Assembly (NCBI RefSeq): GCF_041956535.1
Contig: NW_027192192.1
Location: 871,796-935,795, forward strand
Source of the DNA: Calcarisporiella thermophila CBS 279.70
Lineage: Eukaryota > Fungi > Calcarisporiellomycota
Length of the DNA stretch: 64,000 bases
Direction: 5' to 3'
The notes under the pieces are model-generated. The model ran no database searches and had not been told where the DNA came from. It saw only the letters and a program-made list of their open reading frames with translations. The position numbers and the translations under genes are program-made. Of this stretch, positions 60,346-64,000 are shown one piece after another (within the stretch, counting starts at the first letter, position 1; every line of letters starts with the position of its first letter).

Positions 60346-61874
60346 ATGGCGGCAAGCAAATACGCAAATCTGCCGGATATTGTACGTAATATTTTGAACG
60401 GTCCATTTCTAGTATTCCGATGGCTCCATCCTATAATTTGTGGGCTTTATGTTTGAAATTAGAAGAATGATAGATAACTTTTAATGATAAAATAGGACAC
60501 GCAAAATGAAATTTATGAAACTCCAGATATTGAAGTCTCCCGCATACCAAATATCGATAATGAGGTTTGCTTTAGTATCAAAATATAAAGGGTTGTCATT
60601 GGTAATTGTTAACGCGTCATCCATTATAATTTCGTGAATGACTTTTCAATAGATTGAACCATATGAAGAGGAGACAGAGGATATTGAGCGCAAGAAAATT
60701 TCTATTCGAGATGCTACTGAGCGGTTTAAAAATTCCACAGTGGATGCAAGGGATGCATGTGAGCATCTTATATTGTATCAATACGTTTGATTTACCAGAC
60801 TTAACAATTTCTTATAGACTTTTCCGATCAATTATTACGGCGGAAACGCGGGATTCGTACACTCGCTTGCAAAGAAAAATCAGAATCCCATCAAGAAACG
60901 CCCACCCAGCGCTTAAAACGATTAGCTTTTGAAATTCGCGAACTTAGCGATCTGGTGAACACAGAACACTCCCTTTCTGAACCAGACATCTCTAACCAAA
61001 TATCGCAGCTTCAATACGATTTGGATAAAGTCAGCGTGCTTGTTGGAGAGACGGCAGATGGAATGCTGGCAAAAGAAAAGGAGCATGCTAGATTTTTAAT
61101 TAAGCGACTTGAAGAGCTCGAACAAGCAGGCAGTGATAAGAAGGAGAAAGAGTTAAGGGCAGTAGCTCAATCAAAAGAGCAACATTCTACTAAAGCGTCA
61201 CGGTTAAAGGAGAGGGTAGAGAACTTAGAAAGTGCCTTGGGGTCAATAAGTGGACTATTAGAAGAGAGCGTGAGTGTTTCAGGCTATCCTTATTCAATCC
61301 CGATATATTATTGATTTTTATGATGTAGCCGACTCTCATCAACAATAGTCTCATTGCAACTGTGGAAAAGCTTGAGCATCAACTCTCTGTACTTACCCAG
61401 CCGCGGCAGATTGAAGGTATTGCACGGCGTATCAAGCTTCTAATGGCGGAACTCGAGCAAGCAGCTGAATTACAGGCGGCTAAAGAAGCCAACGCGAACC
61501 TTGATGAATCGTCAGAGTCACAATCAGGAAACATACATGCTGTAGAGCATATTAAAGAGAACGAAAAGCTTATCGAGCATCTATCCACTCAGCTTGAGGG
61601 CTTTGACTCGCTTCTCCCTATTACATCTGCACTGCTTGTCCGGCTACAGACGTTGCAGCCTCTGCATATAGAGGCGGAGAAGGTTGGGGAATCAGTGCGT
61701 ACCCTTTCAGGAGAGCAATCTTTACTCAAGGACGAAACACGATCGTTGACAGAAACATGTGCAAGAGTGGAACAAAGTCTAAGGGAAAATGAAGAGGGAG
61801 TTAGAAAAAATATTGCGGTGATCGATGAGAGAATCGCGAGAATCTCCGAGAGAATCAGTAGGCTATCAAAATAG
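60346..61874 (+). CDS. Dynactin subunit 2 (dynamitin/p50)
   Basis: MAASKYANLPDI|DTQNEIYETPD, DFSD, ETPTQRLKRL..EI.EL, RVENLESALG, LVRLQTLQPLH, NIAVIDERI. Confidence 0.9.
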
Positions 61875-62039
61875 CTCAATAAATAAATTTTACCGGTGCA
61901 TTTCTCTTGTTTGATTCCATGTTATTTTTATATATGTTCTACCCTGCACTATTTTCCATACGCATTAGTTCGCTCTCGGATAGATTTGGGGTATACGTTT
62001 AAATGGATTTAATTAATTAACAAGCCATTACAATACAAT

Positions 62040-63464
62040 CTACTCCAATATTTTTACAATATCAGAACTAATAGCTGCCACTCTCTTTGAATGGGGGAAG
62101 GCGTTACGCTTCTCACTTAGAAGTCTCTGAACATCTAGCACTGCAGCTAGATCGGAAAGGAAATTATCGGGCGAGAGAAATAGGAAATTGGCAAGTGAGC
62201 ATATCAGGCGATATAAAGTCTCTTCCTCCAGTTCAACTTCAATGCCACGCACAATTACGCTGACACACTCCACTACCCAATCGCCCTCAAGCTCCTCCTC
62301 CACTTTTTCCGTGCTTTTCTGGCCTTTGTGTCTTTTTCTACGCTCCCCGATCCAGGCTGCAAAATTGAAAGCGAGTGAAGCGGCAGTCAAGCGCACCTGA
62401 GAGTCGGGCACATTTGTTAGAGTAGATATAAGAAGTGTAGTGATAGCACTGCGATAGCCAGGGGTGATGAGGAACTGAGTTGCAAGTGGTGGATGAGCAA
62501 AAAGGTTGCAGGCAATCCGGAGTATCATGATATGAACTGGTTTGGGAATATCTTGGGTTTCGTTTACAAGTTTAAAGATACGTAGAAGCGGATCCACTGT
62601 AGAGTTATATTAGAATTAATGAAAATAAACTGATGAAATAAATGGGCAATGAAAATACCATTGAGCAGATAGTATTCTCCAACCGGTGGATTTAATAAAA
62701 GAAGCCTCTGAATGTCGTAGAGAGGAAAATGGTTGACTAGAGGCATGGAATTGCAAAGTAACACTATATGAAAGCTCGGTTATCTTTCTTTTCTAAATAC
62801 TTACTATATATCAAATATGTTGACGCATTTACCAAATAAATTATTCCATGAATTTACGTTAAACTCCCCATCCTTTGGGTTGGATATATATATCTTAGTG
62901 TATTGAAGCGTATTTTTATCAGCTTGGCTGAGCGATATGTTGTTCTCCGCAATAAGTGCGTTCAATTTGATAAATATAGCATCAGCATTTACGTTGGTGA
63001 ACAAGATGGGGGCATTTGAGATAGAATGGAGTTGAGGCAGATGCAATTTGGTATGAGAATGTGCTAGAGTATAAAGAATTAAAAAAAATGACGACGGAGG
63101 ATTACATTAACATGAACTCACGAGGATATGCGCTAAAGAGTGCCAGCTGGATCCCTGTAGCCAATTCACGCGGATCTGCCCCTGAAAATTGATGAACTTT
63201 TTCACCTCCATTTGCAAAGAACATAAAAGTCGGGGTCGCCCTAACTCCATATTGCACACCTGCATCATGCACCATTCCAACATCCACTTTTACGGCAGTA
63301 ATAGGATATTCCGCCTGCTCTACTAATCGATTAAATTCTGGCTCTATTGTACGGCAGGGCGGACAAGTCACTGATGTGAAAAAGACAGCAGCTGCACGGC
63401 TAGTCGACACTAGTGAAGTGAGCTCTACTGCAGAGTATGGATTGTGGATCTTGGGCATATTCAT
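62040..63464 (-). CDS. Thioredoxin-like (CPPC) + PUL domain protein
   Basis: VFFTSVTCPPC...VRATPTFMFF...FSGADPREL, YP|HPH-like linker, FPLYDI.RL, PUL-type MILRIACNLF, VRLTAASLAFN, EETLYRL. Confidence 0.8.
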
Positions 63465-63680
63465 CTAGATCTACCACTAAAAAATAAACTAAAATCGCTC
63501 AAGAGAATTAGGGGGTTGAGAAAGCTTCATAAAAATTTCTAAAATGGGCTATTTTATTCTTTTTCGACTTCAGCCATTTGACTAATAGTTGTCTCCAGTT
63601 TCGAGAGTATTTCCATATAAAAAATTCTCTGCTTATGACTGGAAAAAATCCAATAGGAAAAATCCATAACAATTAAGAGA

Positions 63681-64000
63681 ATGTCAAAAAATGATTTAGA
63701 AAATTGGGCCGTTGATCGGCTGAGCATATTTCTCGGTCTTGACACCGAAACTCTGACAAGCCAGGTGATGCCTTACGTTATGCGAATTTCTGGACCGGAG
63801 CAGACCGTCGAGCACCTACAGGTATATATATATCATTGCATTGAATTATCGCTTCCAAAGCTATAACAATGCACTTTTATTTCTTATTAATAGGAATTGC
63901 TGGGGACAACCCCAGATGCTGCACTTTTTATTCAAGAATTTGTTGAGCGTCGATTTCCTCCTCAGAACATTTCCAAAAATACTACTCCAGCAACAACAGC
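63681..64000 (+). CDS. Activating signal cointegrator 1 (TRIP4/Rqt4)-like, 5' part only
   Basis: MSKNDLENWAVDRLSIFLGLDTETL..QVMPY...EHLQ|ELLG.TPDAALFIQEFVERRFP resembles the TRIP4/RQT4 N-terminal helical domain. Truncated by the window end. Confidence 0.6.

Noticed and set aside
1-64000. tRNA, rRNA, spliceosomal snRNA, TPP riboswitch, in-frame Sec TGA, CRISPR or prokaryotic defence system
   Set aside because: No diagnostic motifs seen by eye and the DNA is eukaryotic. tRNAscan-SE and cmscan would be needed to exclude small RNAs formally.

Overview
Gene-dense, intron-rich eukaryotic DNA with short GT-AG introns (mostly ~60-90 nt). The gene set is fungal and most consistent with an early-diverging lineage such as Mucoromycota or Zoopagomycota (inference from gene content and intron style). 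About 31 protein-coding genes could be reconstructed by hand-splicing. They are mostly housekeeping: class-3 lipase, CBM21 PP1 regulator, eIF2B-gamma, mitochondrial S12, TALE homeobox, transportin, PH-domain protein, OPA3, SAR1, GOT1, LAS1, SFH1, SVIP, CK1, GDA1, SLX4, L-type lectin, JAC1/HscB, SRC1/HEH1, GLO3, MED8, a GPI protein, PQ-loop and AVT3 transporters, AME1/CENP-U, EFR3, dynamitin, Trx-PUL and TRIP4/RQT4. No rRNA, tRNA or CRISPR was seen. Most notable: (i) an intron-containing, prokaryote-type COG1926-like phosphoribosyltransferase with eroded catalytic motifs; (ii) a clean 444-bp solo LTR with TSD just downstream of the lipase; (iii) a 1160-aa orphan with a SERTA-like motif and duplicated PxIxIT-WxxW modules; (iv) a GC-rich, hairpin-rich gene-free tract between convergent genes; (v) a Trx-PUL gene lacking the usual PPPDE domain; (vi) two vacuolar amino-acid transporters on one 192-bp divergent promoter. 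I found no clear multi-gene novel system. All family calls are by motif recognition, not database search, and exon boundaries are manual.
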